Assembly: GCA_963847185.1 (NCBI GenBank)
Contig: CAWJYV010000010.1
Span: 1-64,000 of the forward strand
Direction of reading: 5' to 3'
From: an uncultured Methanosarcinaceae archaeon
Lineage (GTDB): Archaea > Halobacteriota > Methanosarcinia > Methanosarcinales > Methanosarcinaceae
Length of the DNA: 64,000 bases
The notes under the pieces were generated by a model, which did not search any database, was not told the DNA's origin, and saw nothing but the letters and a program-made list of their open reading frames with translations. Shown piece by piece: positions 1-11,185 of this stretch. Each line of letters begins with the position of its first letter. The first letter of the stretch is position 1. The position numbers and the translations under genes are program-made.

Positions 1-545
1 ATGTATTTAGAGACAAAAACGATATCATTCAATTTTCACCAAATTCCAGTAAAAGTTAAAATTAATTTAGTTTGTTTCAAAAACGCTATCAGGAAAAATA
101 TTGATTTTCGAAAAAATACTGCGGAATGTTGGATCAAACAGAATATACAGAATAATGTGGATATCGAATAACAAGAAATAATGCCGAATAAAAAATTTCC
201 GTTTTTCGGGATTTGCTTTAAAACCGTTTTATTTTTCAGTCGTTTTTGCACGCTCTTTAATCAAGAGCCCTCTGAATTTTTCAGTATAACCCCAAAAAAG
301 TAGTAATAATTATTCCCTTTTCTTAATAAATAGATTTACCATAATCTGACATTCAGGAATAACCTGAATCAAACATAAAGTAATTGTATAGAGCAAGCCC
401 AAGAAGAAACATTCTTATATTCAAACCCTGATCAAAACCAGAAATGGATCCAGATCAAGAAAATACAAAGTTCCAAGACAGGAATAAAGGAAAAAGAGGG
501 ATAGACAAAGAATAAACTGCATAGACTAAAAGTAAAAGAAAAAAA

Positions 546-851
546 TTACTTTTTGGCCACTTTTTCTTCTTTCAACACCTTTTTTGCGATAATAAAGACC
601 ACAAATGCAACGATAATAAAGTTAATTAATTCTCCCAAGAAGGCACCCCAACTCAATACTACCGGCCCGATTTCAAGCGTGGCCGTCTTCCAGGCCCCAC
701 CAGGGACAAAAGGTGTGATAATTGGCATAACGATATTGTCCACAAAAGATTTTATAAAAGCCGTGGATGCGATGCCCATAATCAAAGCAATTGCAAGAGG
801 AATTACTTTGTACTCATAAAGAAACTCTTTAAATTCACTTATTAGTCCCAC
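546..851 (-). CDS. mscL: Large-conductance mechanosensitive channel MscL family protein
   Basis: EFKEFL..YKVIPLAIALIMG...SFVDNIVMPII and WGAFLGELINFIIVAFVVF motifs. Start moved to GTG at 851, which follows a GAGGAGG RBS. Confidence 0.85.
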   Translation of the reverse strand: MGLISEFKEFLYEYKVIPLAIALIMGIASTAFIKSFVDNIVMPIITPFVPGGAWKTATLEIGPVVLSWGAFLGELINFIIVAFVVFIIAKKVLKEEKVAKK

Positions 852-1186
852 TATAATCCTCCTCAAATATTTCTGATAAAGTTATATAAAGAATATTTAA
901 TAATTGCATATCTTTATTAGCATAAATACTCTCTGTACTTTTTCTTCATAGTTTCGAAACTGATTTCTATATCCAAATTCTTCATAAAAGTGATTTCTGG
1001 AGCTTAAATACCAGAAATAGATAAAGAATACCTTGAAAAATAGAAATAAAGGATAATTACCTCCAATTATCTTGTAAAATGGGCTTAAAAACCTTATTTC
1101 ACAACAGAACTCAGCATTTAAATTCCAATGCAAGAAAAAACATTCAAAAAAAGAGCGAAAATAAAAATGTAAGGACCATGTTTCTT

Positions 1187-1878
1187 GGTGCTCCATTATT
1201 AATTAGTTGGTATTTTTCTTTTCCTGTAGTTTAGTAATTCAGTTAATGTCCATTTCCTTTTCGTAATTCCCGCTTCTTCTGCTGGTGTCTTTTTTGAATC
1301 TCCTTTTTCCTTTTTATCTGTTAATTCTCTAGGATACCTGCAAAAGTTAAAATATGTACAATAAAATCTCATTTGATTATATAGAGGCTTAATCTTCTTT
1401 GAAAATCCTATTGTTTTTCTTGAGACTCTATTATTATCCTGTCTAAGAGTTAGGTTTTGTCTTTCAAGTAAACTCGTTGATATTTGACTTTGATCTATAT
1501 TTTGACCGAAAATACTTTTTTTCTCGACATTTTAAAGCTTCTTTTCCCTCTTATTTTTGATAATCTGAGCATATTTCAAATCTTTATCTGGTAATAACTC
1601 TGGCTTCTTTGGTCTTCCTCTCTCCCCAGTTTTAGGAAACCCCACCCATTCTCCGTATTTTTTCAAAAAAGCTTAGCATAGAATTTTAATCCATTTGTTA
1701 TAAAAAGAGGTTTTGAATCTGACAGATGTTTATCTGTAACTTTTATCAATTCATCTGCTACATACTGTTTTCCTGGTCCTAATACAAAATCAATAATTAA
1801 CCTGGATTCAGGCGCAAAGCTTACCCACAACAACGGATTCCTTCGTCTTCGTTTTATGTTCTTGGAGCAACTTTTTTT
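1187..1878 (-). pseudogene. Degenerate 3' part of an IS1-family transposase element (same family as 40110-41047), cut off by the IS1 insertion at 1879
   Basis: Clear nucleotide similarity to 40110-40802 (WVSFAPESRLIIDFVLGP, STSLLERQNLT, KTPAE..GITK.KWTLT). Contains stops and frameshifts. Confidence 0.8.
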
Positions 1879-2618
1879 GGCATTGTTAACTAAATATAGT
1901 TAACTCATTATTTCTGTATTTCATTAAGAGAAGAACTGAATACTTTAGCATTTCAAGACTCTTAGTATAACACTTTGTCTTTCTTCTCAATCTTGCCAGA
2001 AAGTGTCTAAATATGCTGTTATATCCTTCAACAGTATACGTTTCTGCTTTTGATTGAGTATGAATTTTATCTGGAACGAACTCTGCATATGCCCTCCAGT
2101 GATCAGTCATCACTTTTTCAATCTCTTTTTCCTTTAACTTTTCCCAGAGATTTTGTCCAGTTTCTGTCCCTCTGCTGCCAAAAGAGCAGTTGATGAACTT
2201 TTTCCCAACTCTATCAACAGCAATCCAGATCCAGCAATATTTTTTTTGTTACCGATGTAAGTGTGCATCTCATCCATTTCAACAATAGAGATCTCATTTT
2301 CGCTTTTTAGTTCTTCTAACTCCTGACCAAATTTCTTTATCCATTTTTGGATAGAAACATGACTTACTCCCAAAAAACGCCCTATTGACCGAAATCCTAA
2401 TCCTTCAAGATAGAGTTGTAAAGCCTGTCTCTTAACAGAAGGGGAGCTAGCAGTTGATTTTAGCTCTACTGAATAATTATATCCACAATCAGAGCATTTG
2501 TAGCGTTGACGGCCATCAACTTTACCATTCTTTATGTGATCGAGACTCTTACATCTTGGGCAGTTCATCAAGAGACATAAGTTCTCATAATATATATCAG
2601 TATTTAGATACCAATGCC
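1879..2618 (-). mobile_element. IS1-family element (740 bp), InsA/InsB ORFs joined by a -1 frameshift
   Basis: Imperfect 17-bp IRs GGCATTGTTAACTAAAT / ATTTAGATACCAATGCC. ORF 2134-2571 has a zinc ribbon (CPRC...YKCSDC) and HTH. An A8 slippery run leads into the DDE part ending at 1886. No target duplication. Confidence 0.92.
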
Positions 2619-3210
2619 ATTTTTAAATATTTTGATTTTTTTTCTGCTTGTTAGAGTCAGGGAGTAAATCAGACCTAACAAGCAGGCTTGAGCTTTCAGC
2701 CTTATACCGGGGAGGATATAATAGAGGTTTGAAAGCAGAGATCTCGGAATATTTTGCAGACCCTAAAGGGTGTAGTGAACTGCTGTTGACATTTTCTGCA
2801 CCCTTTATTTTGAGTTTTATTGTTCTATTTTCTGTAATCTCTTTTGAGCCTCTATTTTAGTATCTTTTCGTCAATTTATTTACTAAAGACTCTTTCAGGC
2901 GACTCTTTCAGGCTGGTTTTACTCAAGTAAAGCATATATTGTACTGGAAAACATATCTAGTTGCAAGAATTATCTTTTCTTTACAAGATTACTATGTTTT
3001 TATCATTATTTTTAATTTCTTCGCACAAATGATGATGTAGAGTACTGATTAATCTTTAAGCAGGATTGCATGCTACTTTAAACTCTTTAATGAAAGAAGG
3101 GAACAAATATCTTTTGAGAATTCACTGAGACAGAACTATAATTATGTTTATAGCTTATGAGTGTATTCAGGCGTCCTGCTAAGAAAAGATAAAATCTTTA
3201 AGGTAATGGC

Positions 3211-4461
3211 ATGGAATATGATGTTGTTGTGGTAGGAGCTGGGCCTGTTGGTTCCATTGCAGCTCGTTATGCAGCCCTGAATGGGGCAAAGGTCCTCTTG
3301 CTCGAGGAACATCCTTCCATAGGATCTCCCGTTGGCTGCACCGGACTTTTGAGTACGAGAGCTGTTGCAGAATGCGAACTCAAACCTTCGGATGATTTTG
3401 TATTTAATTCCGTACGTGGAGCTTTTGTACACGCTCCCGACGGACAATGCCTGCCTATTGACGGAAAGCAGACAAAAGCCTATGTAGTCTCCAGGAAGAA
3501 TTTTGACCGCAGGCTTGCAGTAATGGCTGTGGAAGAAGGCGTGGAACTTTCCCTCAGGACGAGGGCTGTAGGGCTTGAAAAAGAGAGTGCTAAAGTTGAT
3601 GCCGGAAGGAAGAGAAATTCCCAGGTAAAACTCAGAGTGCTTAGAGGCGGCAGGTCTGAAACGATAAGTACATCAGTAGTAATAGGTGCAGACGGAGTAA
3701 AGAGCAGGATAGGCAGTTACGCGGGGCTTGAAAAACCTGCTCGTGTGCTTCCAGGAATCCAGATAGAGGCTCCGTATGCCTCTGAGAATAGCGATTTTGT
3801 AGAACTGTTCCCCGGGTCTTCAGCTCCTGGTTTTTTTGCCTGGACCGTACCTATTAGCGAAAAAATCTCAAGAATAGGGCTTGTTCTTGAACCTGGGTTT
3901 GCCTGCAAAAATAATGCTGAAGAATGTTCTCCCCTTTCTTACCTTGAAAAACTCCTTTGCACTAATCCTCACGTAAAAGCCAGGTACTCGGGAGGCATGC
4001 TTGATTTTGTAGTGGGTGGGATCCCTATAGGGCCACAGGAGAGGACAGCTACAGATGGCGTTTTGCTGGTAGGCGATGCGGCCGGGCAGGCGAAACCAAC
4101 ATCTGCAGGTGGAATCTACACAGGAGCTTTTGCGGCAAAAATAGCTGGAAAAGTTGCAGCAGAGGCTGCCCTTGAAGGTGACAGTTCTGCAAAAAGGCTT
4201 TCCGAATATGACCTGCTCTGGAGAAAAGGTTTGGGAAAAGAGCTTGAGATAGGGATGAAAATCCATGACTATATGGGAAAGCTGGAAGATAAGCAGTTAA
4301 ATGGCCTTATAGGTTCACTAAATACCCCTTCTATTCTCAATACCATTACTGAGTATGGGGATATGGATCATCCCTCTATTCTCATGCGAAAACTCATGTT
4401 TTCAGGTAACTCCCTCAGGTTAATGAAAGCTTTCGGAACGTTCTTAAAAACTCTCTTTTAA
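3211..4461 (+). CDS. Geranylgeranyl reductase family FAD-dependent oxidoreductase (DGGGPL reductase-like)
   Basis: DVVVVGAGPVG Rossmann motif, IGADG, PGFFAWTVP, LVGDAAGQAKPTSAGGIY. Confidence 0.88.
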   Translation: MEYDVVVVGAGPVGSIAARYAALNGAKVLLLEEHPSIGSPVGCTGLLSTRAVAECELKPSDDFVFNSVRGAFVHAPDGQCLPIDGKQTKAYVVSRKNFDRRLAVMAVEEGVELSLRTRAVGLEKESAKVDAGRKRNSQVKLRVLRGGRSETISTSVVIGADGVKSRIGSYAGLEKPARVLPGIQIEAPYASENSDFVELFPGSSAPGFFAWTVPISEKISRIGLVLEPGFACKNNAEECSPLSYLEKLLCTNPHVKARYSGGMLDFVVGGIPIGPQERTATDGVLLVGDAAGQAKPTSAGGIYTGAFAAKIAGKVAAEAALEGDSSAKRLSEYDLLWRKGLGKELEIGMKIHDYMGKLEDKQLNGLIGSLNTPSILNTITEYGDMDHPSILMRKLMFSGNSLRLMKAFGTFLKTLF

Positions 4462-4726
4462 AGCTTGAACAAGGCAGATATATTTATCTGATATATTGAA
4501 GAGAAAGAAAACAGACACCTGATGTTTTAGAAGAATCAACCTAGTTTTTTTGCTTTTTTTAAATTTCGTTACTACACTTCCAAACTTCCTCAAAAGCGAA
4601 CAAAATGAGTAATCTTTAATATTTAAAGTGTTCAATAACAGTAAATGATAATTAAATTAAAATTAAATATATATTATAATTAATAAGTGAAAACTACAAG
4701 GGGCTAAGAAGTTGTTGGTGGAAAAA

Positions 4727-4870
4727 ATGAATAAATCATTAGCTGTTGAATTGATAATCTGTATTCTCGTATTTTTGCTTCTTTTAAATGTTGGCGACTG
4801 CTATGGCAGTTTGAGCGGTGCTCCCTACAGCAGTTTTCATTCTACAACTTTTCATTCTTTAATTCCCTGA
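4727..4870 (+). CDS. Putative 47-aa small protein with hydrophobic N-terminal signal/TM segment
   Basis: MNKSLAVELIICILVFLLLLNVGDCYGSLSGAPYSSFHSTTFHSLIP, with a GGTGGA RBS upstream and T-rich sequence downstream. Below the ORF-track cutoff. Confidence 0.45.
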   Translation: MNKSLAVELIICILVFLLLLNVGDCYGSLSGAPYSSFHSTTFHSLIP

Positions 4871-5271
4871 TTACAATCTTTTATTTTTTGCATTTCATAA
4901 ATAACTGTAATCTAACCTTTTTTCTATCGTGTGCTATCCTTAAATGTGCTATCCTTAAATAATAGTCAACAGAGAGAATAAGAGTATTCACGGCTCTGAT
5001 GACAACTTTGTCCTATAGTACCCTCTATAAGCTATCTCTCGAGCAAAGATGAAAATGTGTTATCCTGAAGAACTTCCTCATAGAGGACACATAGTCTATG
5101 GCTGGGTTTATTTACTGTTTGCACAGATTACTAACAGAAATTTTTGTTTCTTACAGTGCTTTAATCGAATTCTCCCTCTTTATATCAAAAATAGCATATC
5201 ACGGGGGTATTGGAATTAATAATATAAACTCGGTTTCGGGCTCGGAAAAAAATCTGGAAAAAAGTCCTGAG

Positions 5272-6513
5272 ATGAATCTGAAAAAAGGATCTGAGAACGA
5301 AGAGAATAAACACGCTTCATTATATCAGGAGTCGCTTGACATGCATAGAAGACTAGGGGGCGTGCTTGAAGTTTCAAGTAAAGTTCGTCTTCGCTCTATT
5401 CATGATCTCAGTGTTGCCTATACGCCAGGAGTTGCCGAGCCGTGCAGAAAGATAAGCACAAACCCGGATTTTGCCTACTTTTATACTCTTAAAAAAAATA
5501 CGGTGGCTGTTATCACTGATGGATCAGCGGTGCTTGGGCTTGGGAACATAGGGCCTTATGCGGCTCTGCCTGTTATGGAAGGAAAAGCTATCATTTTCAA
5601 GGAGTTTGCAGGTATTGACGCTTTTCCTATCTGCCTGGACACGCAGGATACTGAAGAAGTAATAAAAGCAGTCAAACATATTGCCCCTGCTTTTGGAGGT
5701 ATTAACCTTGAAGATATTAGTGCCCCCCGCTGCTTTGAGATCGAAACCCGACTGCGTGAAGAACTTGATCTTCCTATTCTCCACGACGACCAGCATGGGA
5801 CGGCAATCGTTGTTTTTGCAGGACTTCTGAATGCCCTTAAAATCGTGAAAAAGGAACTAAAAGAACTCAAAATCGTAATTTCAGGGCTTGGGGCTGCAGG
5901 GGTTGCTATTTTCAGGTTTTTGGCAAGGGCAGGAGCAGACCCTTCAAAGATCCTTACCTGTGACAGCAAGGGACTCGTATACGAGGGTCGAGAGGAAGGC
6001 ATGAACCCTGTAAAAGAGGAAATTGCCAGGCTTACGAATCCTGAGAAATTGAAAGGTGGACTTGAAAATGCTTTCCCAGATGCTGATCTTTTTATAGGGG
6101 TCTCTGTCGGGGGCATAGCCACTGAGGATATGATTCGTTCGATGGCAAAAGATGCAATCGTAATGGCAATGGCAAACCCTGTACCTGAAATCATGCCTGA
6201 TGCTGCAAAGCGTGCAGGAGCCAGGGTTGTTGCTACAGGGAGATCGGATTTTCCAAACCAGCTTAACAACTGCCTGAGTTTTCCTGGTGTTTTCAAAGGA
6301 GCTCTCAGTACCTGTGCAAGAAAAATAACCCCTGAGATGGAAATGGCTGCAGCCTGTGCCCTTGCAGATGTCGTAAACGCCGGCGAACTTTCCGAGGACC
6401 ATATAATTCCGGATCCTCTTGACAAGCACGTCGTACCTGCAGTTGCAAAAGCTGTTGCCGGTGCGTCCATAGAAAGCTGTGCCGCAAGGAAAAGCCTTGA
6501 AAGCAGTATCTAA
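5272..6513 (+). CDS. NAD(P)-dependent malic enzyme (start uncertain; frame open from 5098)
   Basis: DLSVAYTPGVAEPC, TDGSAVLGLGNIG, MEGKA, INLEDISAPRCF, HDDQHGTA, MANPVPEI, ATGRSDFPNQ motifs. Confidence 0.93.
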   Translation: MNLKKGSENEENKHASLYQESLDMHRRLGGVLEVSSKVRLRSIHDLSVAYTPGVAEPCRKISTNPDFAYFYTLKKNTVAVITDGSAVLGLGNIGPYAALPVMEGKAIIFKEFAGIDAFPICLDTQDTEEVIKAVKHIAPAFGGINLEDISAPRCFEIETRLREELDLPILHDDQHGTAIVVFAGLLNALKIVKKELKELKIVISGLGAAGVAIFRFLARAGADPSKILTCDSKGLVYEGREEGMNPVKEEIARLTNPEKLKGGLENAFPDADLFIGVSVGGIATEDMIRSMAKDAIVMAMANPVPEIMPDAAKRAGARVVATGRSDFPNQLNNCLSFPGVFKGALSTCARKITPEMEMAAACALADVVNAGELSEDHIIPDPLDKHVVPAVAKAVAGASIESCAARKSLESSI

Positions 6514-6616
6514 AAACTTAAGTTCGGCTGAAAAGCTTTTCAGATAACTATCTTGAATAATCCGCATTCCTTTTCAGTTCATTAACAAAAATACTGAAGC
6601 AAAGGAGGTAAAAAGT

Positions 6617-7072
6617 ATGTCAGTAAACCTGATGGAATATTTTAACAAAGCACCCAGATTTGGTGTTCTCAGCACGTCCAGCAACGACGGAAAGGTCAAT
6701 TCGGCAATTTTTGGCTCGCCCCATATGATCGATGAGAATACTGTTGTCGTCGCAACGGCCAGGAACCGAACCTTAACAAATCTTCTGGAGAATCCGAATG
6801 CTGTATACATGATCATGGAGCAATGTCTTGATTCTCCAGGTACGGAGAAAATGGAGTCTGGAAGCTCAGTCATGGACTGGAAGGGCATTCGAGTTTATAT
6901 GAAAATGAAAGAGTGTGCGACATCCGGGGAAATGCTTGATATGATCCGAGAACAGGCTGCCAATCTGGCCGGAAAGGAAGCTGCAAAAATGTTATACGCT
7001 GCACTGACCTTTGAGATCTATGAAGTCAGGCCCCTGGTAGACTTCGGGCAGGGCTGGGAAAACTCAGTCTGA
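6617..7072 (+). CDS. Pyridoxamine 5'-phosphate oxidase-like FMN-binding protein
   Basis: GVLSTSSNDGKVNSA...RTLTNLLENPNA split-barrel pattern; GGAGGT RBS. Confidence 0.8.
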   Translation: MSVNLMEYFNKAPRFGVLSTSSNDGKVNSAIFGSPHMIDENTVVVATARNRTLTNLLENPNAVYMIMEQCLDSPGTEKMESGSSVMDWKGIRVYMKMKECATSGEMLDMIREQAANLAGKEAAKMLYAALTFEIYEVRPLVDFGQGWENSV

Positions 7073-7284
7073 ATACCGACAGGTACGATTTGTTGAAAAA
7101 CGACCTGGGAGTCCCATACAAGATGAAAAAGTAGACTATAAATACAACTGTAACGTTATGTTTAACGGGTGATAGGGGACAGTCGTATGTAAGAATCTCT
7201 AAATTGTATAACTCTCTTTAATAGTCCCCGCTCCCAAAAATAACTTACTGGAACTTTTTTATTCTCATCTGGAACACAAGGTCA

Positions 7285-7605
7285 TCAGTCTGCTCTACCG
7301 ATATTGCAAAAATACATCATAGGTTTTGCGTTCTCCAGACCGTACTCTGCCCATACAGCACAGGTTTTGCATATACATTGATTATTAGGGTTCAGAATAC
7401 ATGTAGCGTCACCAGTTGAACAGTAGACTCCTGGAACCTTTTGAGGCTCTGGAACTTCACCTTTTTCGAATGTAACTTCATTTTTTAAGTTACTAAATTT
7501 CTCCTGAACACATGCGCTGCTCGCCTGGACAGGACACTCTGGACATCTGCATCTTTCAATATTTGATACGGTATACGGAACTTTCATTTCTGTGGCTATA
7601 CTCAT
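7285..7605 (-). CDS. Cys-rich DUF2769-type protein
   Basis: CRCPECPV...YCSTG...CICKTCAVWAEYGL...YFC pattern typical of methanogen DUF2769 proteins. Confidence 0.75.
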   Translation of the reverse strand: MSIATEMKVPYTVSNIERCRCPECPVQASSACVQEKFSNLKNEVTFEKGEVPEPQKVPGVYCSTGDATCILNPNNQCICKTCAVWAEYGLENAKPMMYFCNIGRAD

Positions 7606-7874
7606 TTTACTCCCCCAAAATAAGATTAACAGAAAGTATTCAATCCGTATTCGGGTTTAGAGAATAAAAGCCTTTTTTAATCCGGAGAGATTATTAAGCT
7701 AGTTATGGTCATAATTATTTGTGGCCATAGTTGCTTACTTTCCTTCAAATTGATATTTGCGCTTAAACCTGTAAGGTCTGCCCGGAACGCAGGCATTCAG
7801 GAGGGGCATAATTTGAAAGATAAAGTTAAAAAAATTTAAGGTAAAGGGTTTCGATTTATTTAGTACTGTTCTTT

Positions 7875-8159
7875 TTAATCTCTTCTAATATCCTCTTTTG
7901 AGTTTCTGCAATTTCTTTTAATGTTGAAGTTGATTTCTTTTATAAGTTCCATTGTGTTTTGTGTTATGCTGGCTTCCGGAGTTTTTTGTACTATCTTTGC
8001 CTCTGGAGCTTTTTTTGTTATGTCGGCCTCTGGAATTTCCACAGAATGCGCCTCATGTTGCTCAGATTCTTCCTTTTGTAGTGTTCTCAGAGTTTCTCCA
8101 AATACTCCGAACTCGCAATCTTTGTCGGCGCTTGACGTCGCTTTATTTTCGTGATACAT
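7875..8159 (-). CDS. Hypothetical protein with three 9-aa repeats
   Basis: PEADITKKA / PEAKIVQKT / PEASITQNT in-frame 27-bp repeats. Confidence 0.5.
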   Translation of the reverse strand: MYHENKATSSADKDCEFGVFGETLRTLQKEESEQHEAHSVEIPEADITKKAPEAKIVQKTPEASITQNTMELIKEINFNIKRNCRNSKEDIRRD

Positions 8160-8200
8160 ACATCAAAGAATGCTACGAAATATAAATAAATTGTTTTAAT

Positions 8201-8245
8201 GGTTCTGTAGAAAACCTATCTAAATCAGATATAAGAAGCTGAAAG
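8201..8245 (+). mobile_element. Truncated end of the GGCTCTGTAGAAA-type MITE
   Basis: GGTTCTGTAGAAAACCTATCTAAATCAG...GAAGCTGAAA aligns with 46536-46580. Confidence 0.55.
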
Positions 8246-8576
8246 CAATGTTTGATTTTATATCTCGAGAGGGTAGGTCCTATATAATAAATTTGCAGCC
8301 TGAACTTAAAAACAACAACGCCCCCATCCAAGCGTAGAAATGGCTTGAATTTTAAGACAGACCCTTAGAGGCTATCGAGGATGCCAACTTTGTAAAATTA
8401 GAGTTCGTCATACATTTGACCTGAGAAGTGATATTAATAGATCCATAAATTAACTTTTAGAAACTTACCTTTATGTTACGCATAAAACTTACGAAAATTA
8501 AAATCAAAACGATCCATACCTATTAATATTCCCAATACCGTAACTATGTGAACTGACACACCCTAATCATCTTCAG

Positions 8577-9746
8577 GTGACTTTAAAAATGTATTCTGAC
8601 AGAATCAATGCATTACCTCCATATCTTTTTGCAGCTATCGATGAAGCAAGGGACGAATTAATTGCGAAAGGAGTAGACGTGATCGACCTTGGCGTGGGCG
8701 ATCCTGATCTGCCGACACATCCACACATTGTTGAGGCAATGCGGGAAGCTGTCTGTAACCCGAAAACGCACCAGTACCCATCTTATGCCGGGATGCCGGA
8801 GTTCAGGAAGGCTGCGGCTGAATGGTGCAAGAAATATAAGGGACTTGAGCTTGACCCTGCAACTGAGGTGCTCTCTCTCATAGGGTCAAAGGAAGCTGTG
8901 GCACATATCCCGCTCGCTTTTGTAAATCCTGGAGATGTCGTGCTCTACACTGAGCCTGGGTATCCTGTTTATAAGATAGGGACTATGTTTGCGGGCGGAG
9001 AGCCGTATCCTCTGCCTCTGAAGGCTGAGAACGATTTCCTTCCTGACCTTGACTCTATTCCCGCAGATATCCTGGAAAAGGCAAAGCTCTTCTTCTTCAA
9101 TTATCCCAATAACCCGACTGCTGCAACGGCTGACATGAGGTTCTTCGAAAAAGTCGTGAAGTTCTGCAAAAAGCATGATATCATTGCAGTACATGACAAC
9201 GCTTACTGCCAGATGGCATATGACGGATACGAGGCTTCTTCTTTCCTTGCCGCCGACGGTGCAATGGATATAGGAATGGAACTCTATTCCCATTCCAAGA
9301 CCTACAATATGACAGGATGGAGGCTTGGATTTGCGGTAGGAAACAAAGCTCTAATAAAGGGGCTCGGGAAAGTTAAGTCCAACGTGGACTCCGGCGTTTT
9401 TGATGCAATCCAGATTGCAGGTATTGCAGCCCTCAGTTCCTCTCAGGTCTGTGTTGAAGAAGCAAACAAAATCTATGAGGAGAGGCGGAATGCTCTAATC
9501 GAGGGGCTAAAAGCCATGGGGCTTGAAGTAAAGCCTCCAAAAGCAACCTTCTACATCTGGGCTCCTGTCCCTAAGGGCTACACCTCAATGAGTTTTGCAA
9601 AACTCCTGCTTGAAGAAGCAGGGATAGTTGCAACTCCTGGCGTCGGCTTCGGGGATGCTGGCGAAGGTTACATCAGGTTTGCCCTTACCAAGCCGGTTGA
9701 CAGGATCAAAGAAGCTGTAGAAAGAATGAAGAAACTGCAGCTCTAA
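8577..9746 (+). CDS. dapL: LL-diaminopimelate aminotransferase (PLP class I/II)
   Basis: [55 protein letters not shown]. Confidence 0.85.
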   Translation: MTLKMYSDRINALPPYLFAAIDEARDELIAKGVDVIDLGVGDPDLPTHPHIVEAMREAVCNPKTHQYPSYAGMPEFRKAAAEWCKKYKGLELDPATEVLSLIGSKEAVAHIPLAFVNPGDVVLYTEPGYPVYKIGTMFAGGEPYPLPLKAENDFLPDLDSIPADILEKAKLFFFNYPNNPTAATADMRFFEKVVKFCKKHDIIAVHDNAYCQMAYDGYEASSFLAADGAMDIGMELYSHSKTYNMTGWRLGFAVGNKALIKGLGKVKSNVDSGVFDAIQIAGIAALSSSQVCVEEANKIYEERRNALIEGLKAMGLEVKPPKATFYIWAPVPKGYTSMSFAKLLLEEAGIVATPGVGFGDAGEGYIRFALTKPVDRIKEAVERMKKLQL

Positions 9747-9799
9747 CCGATCTGGAAAATAACTAACTCAAACTCAAAATAAATCAAATATTCAAAATA

Positions 9800-9838
9800 G
9801 GCGGCATGTTTGAAAAAGCCGCCAAAAATCTCTTTTTT
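9800..9838 (+). terminator. Hairpin plus T-tract downstream of dapL
   Basis: GGCGGC...GCCGCC stem followed by a TCTCTTTTTT tract. Confidence 0.45.
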
Positions 9839-10138
9839 GATCAGAATTTCCGTATCTGCGCTTCTCGAATTGCATTTCGGGATCACAGGTAATCTCAGAT
9901 TTTCTGGATTCATTGTGTTACTTTTAAGTTTTTGGCTCGCAAGGTGTTTTTTATCTTACTGGCGGGTCTACTAAATTTTCATGCAACACAGGAGGAGAAA
10001 AACTAAAAAATTCCTCCCGGATCCAGAATAGTTCAACCAATTAATCAAGATCAGCCGGTGTTCATAGTTCATTCAATGCCCGGAAGTAGGCTCAGAAAAG
10101 CATTTCTTTTTTAAGCAATAAATCCCATGTAGACCAGC

Positions 10139-10900
10139 ATGCCAGAACCTACGAGAGAAAACACTGAAGAACCTCCCAGAACCCCAATAAAAGAACATTT
10201 CCAGCTAAAAGAAACCATAGTTACGATCGCAGCCGATAAGCAGGAGCATATCGAAGCCGCAAAAGAAGTTATCAGGCTTCAAAGGGCTGTCCTTGAGACT
10301 TACATCCTTTCAGACCCTTATTTTCAGGTTACCCTCGAACCTTACGAATGCCCGAAAAACGCCCCTGAAGTTGTCAGGAGAATGATAAAAGCCGGAAATA
10401 CAATGGGAATAGGGCCGATGAGCGCGGTTGCGGGCACAATTTCTGCCCTTGCAGTGGAAGCTATGGTTGAAGCCGGAGCAAAATATGCTATAGTTGATAA
10501 TGGAGGGGATATCGCGTTAATTAATGATAGGCCTGTTATTGTTGGAATCTATGCAGGGCAGTCTCCACTAAAAAACCTGGGACTTGTTTTCGAACCCATA
10601 GACTCGATTACAGGCGTATGCACCTCAGCAGGGACAGTCGGGCCTTCTATCAGCTTTGGGATGGCGGATGCAGCTGCTGTTTTTTCTGATGACGTTTCTC
10701 TGGCAGATGCGGCTGCAACTGCACTTGGAAATGAGGTAGAAACAGGAAGAGAGTCAGTGGAAGCTTCTTTTAAAGCAGTGAAAGGAATTCCCGGAATAAA
10801 AGGTGCACTCGTAATTCAGGGAGAGTATATTGGGATGTGGGGACAGATCCCAAAAATAACCCACGCGGATGTAAAATATGAATACATAACCAAAGCGTGA
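10139..10900 (+). CDS. UPF0280 family (ApbE-like) protein
   Basis: [48 protein letters not shown]. Confidence 0.9.
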   Translation: MPEPTRENTEEPPRTPIKEHFQLKETIVTIAADKQEHIEAAKEVIRLQRAVLETYILSDPYFQVTLEPYECPKNAPEVVRRMIKAGNTMGIGPMSAVAGTISALAVEAMVEAGAKYAIVDNGGDIALINDRPVIVGIYAGQSPLKNLGLVFEPIDSITGVCTSAGTVGPSISFGMADAAAVFSDDVSLADAAATALGNEVETGRESVEASFKAVKGIPGIKGALVIQGEYIGMWGQIPKITHADVKYEYITKA

Positions 10901-11049
10901 AATTTACTGTTGTATCCTTAAATGATTTCGCAGATTCAAAATCACTTGAAAGTTTAATACGATACAACAGCAGGAGACGCAAAATATTGAACGTTTCTTA
11001 AATTTGATTATGGCTTCAATAACTTTTAGAATTCAAGAAAGTATACTAA

Positions 11050-11100
11050 TATAATAATACTGGTATAATAATGCCAGTATTATTATACTGGTATAATAAT
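11050..11100. promoter_or_regulatory. Overlapping inverted and direct repeat upstream of the isochorismatase-family gene
   Basis: TATAATAATACTGG-N10-CCAGTATTATTATA inverted repeat (11050-11087); ATACTGGTATAATAAT occurs twice (11057, 11085). Confidence 0.45.
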
Positions 11101-11185
11101 AAACAGACTTATTTTAATCTCTGAAGTAACTACGGATAATAAGAAAGGATTAGCCTAAAAAGAAATGCCGTAAAAAGGTGAAATC

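Noticed and set aside
1-270. Possible minus-strand gene start at 28 and an IS-like end near 255-270
   Set aside because: Too little sequence in the window and no partner IR, so no call can be supported.
897-1196. 99-aa Phe-rich ORF
   Set aside because: Low-complexity AT-rich sequence starting within an IS end; probably spurious.
5556-6567. Long antisense ORFs (304 and 207 aa) over the malic enzyme, and similar shadows over GGR, the protease and infB
   Set aside because: They are antisense to well-supported genes and carry no recognisable motifs.
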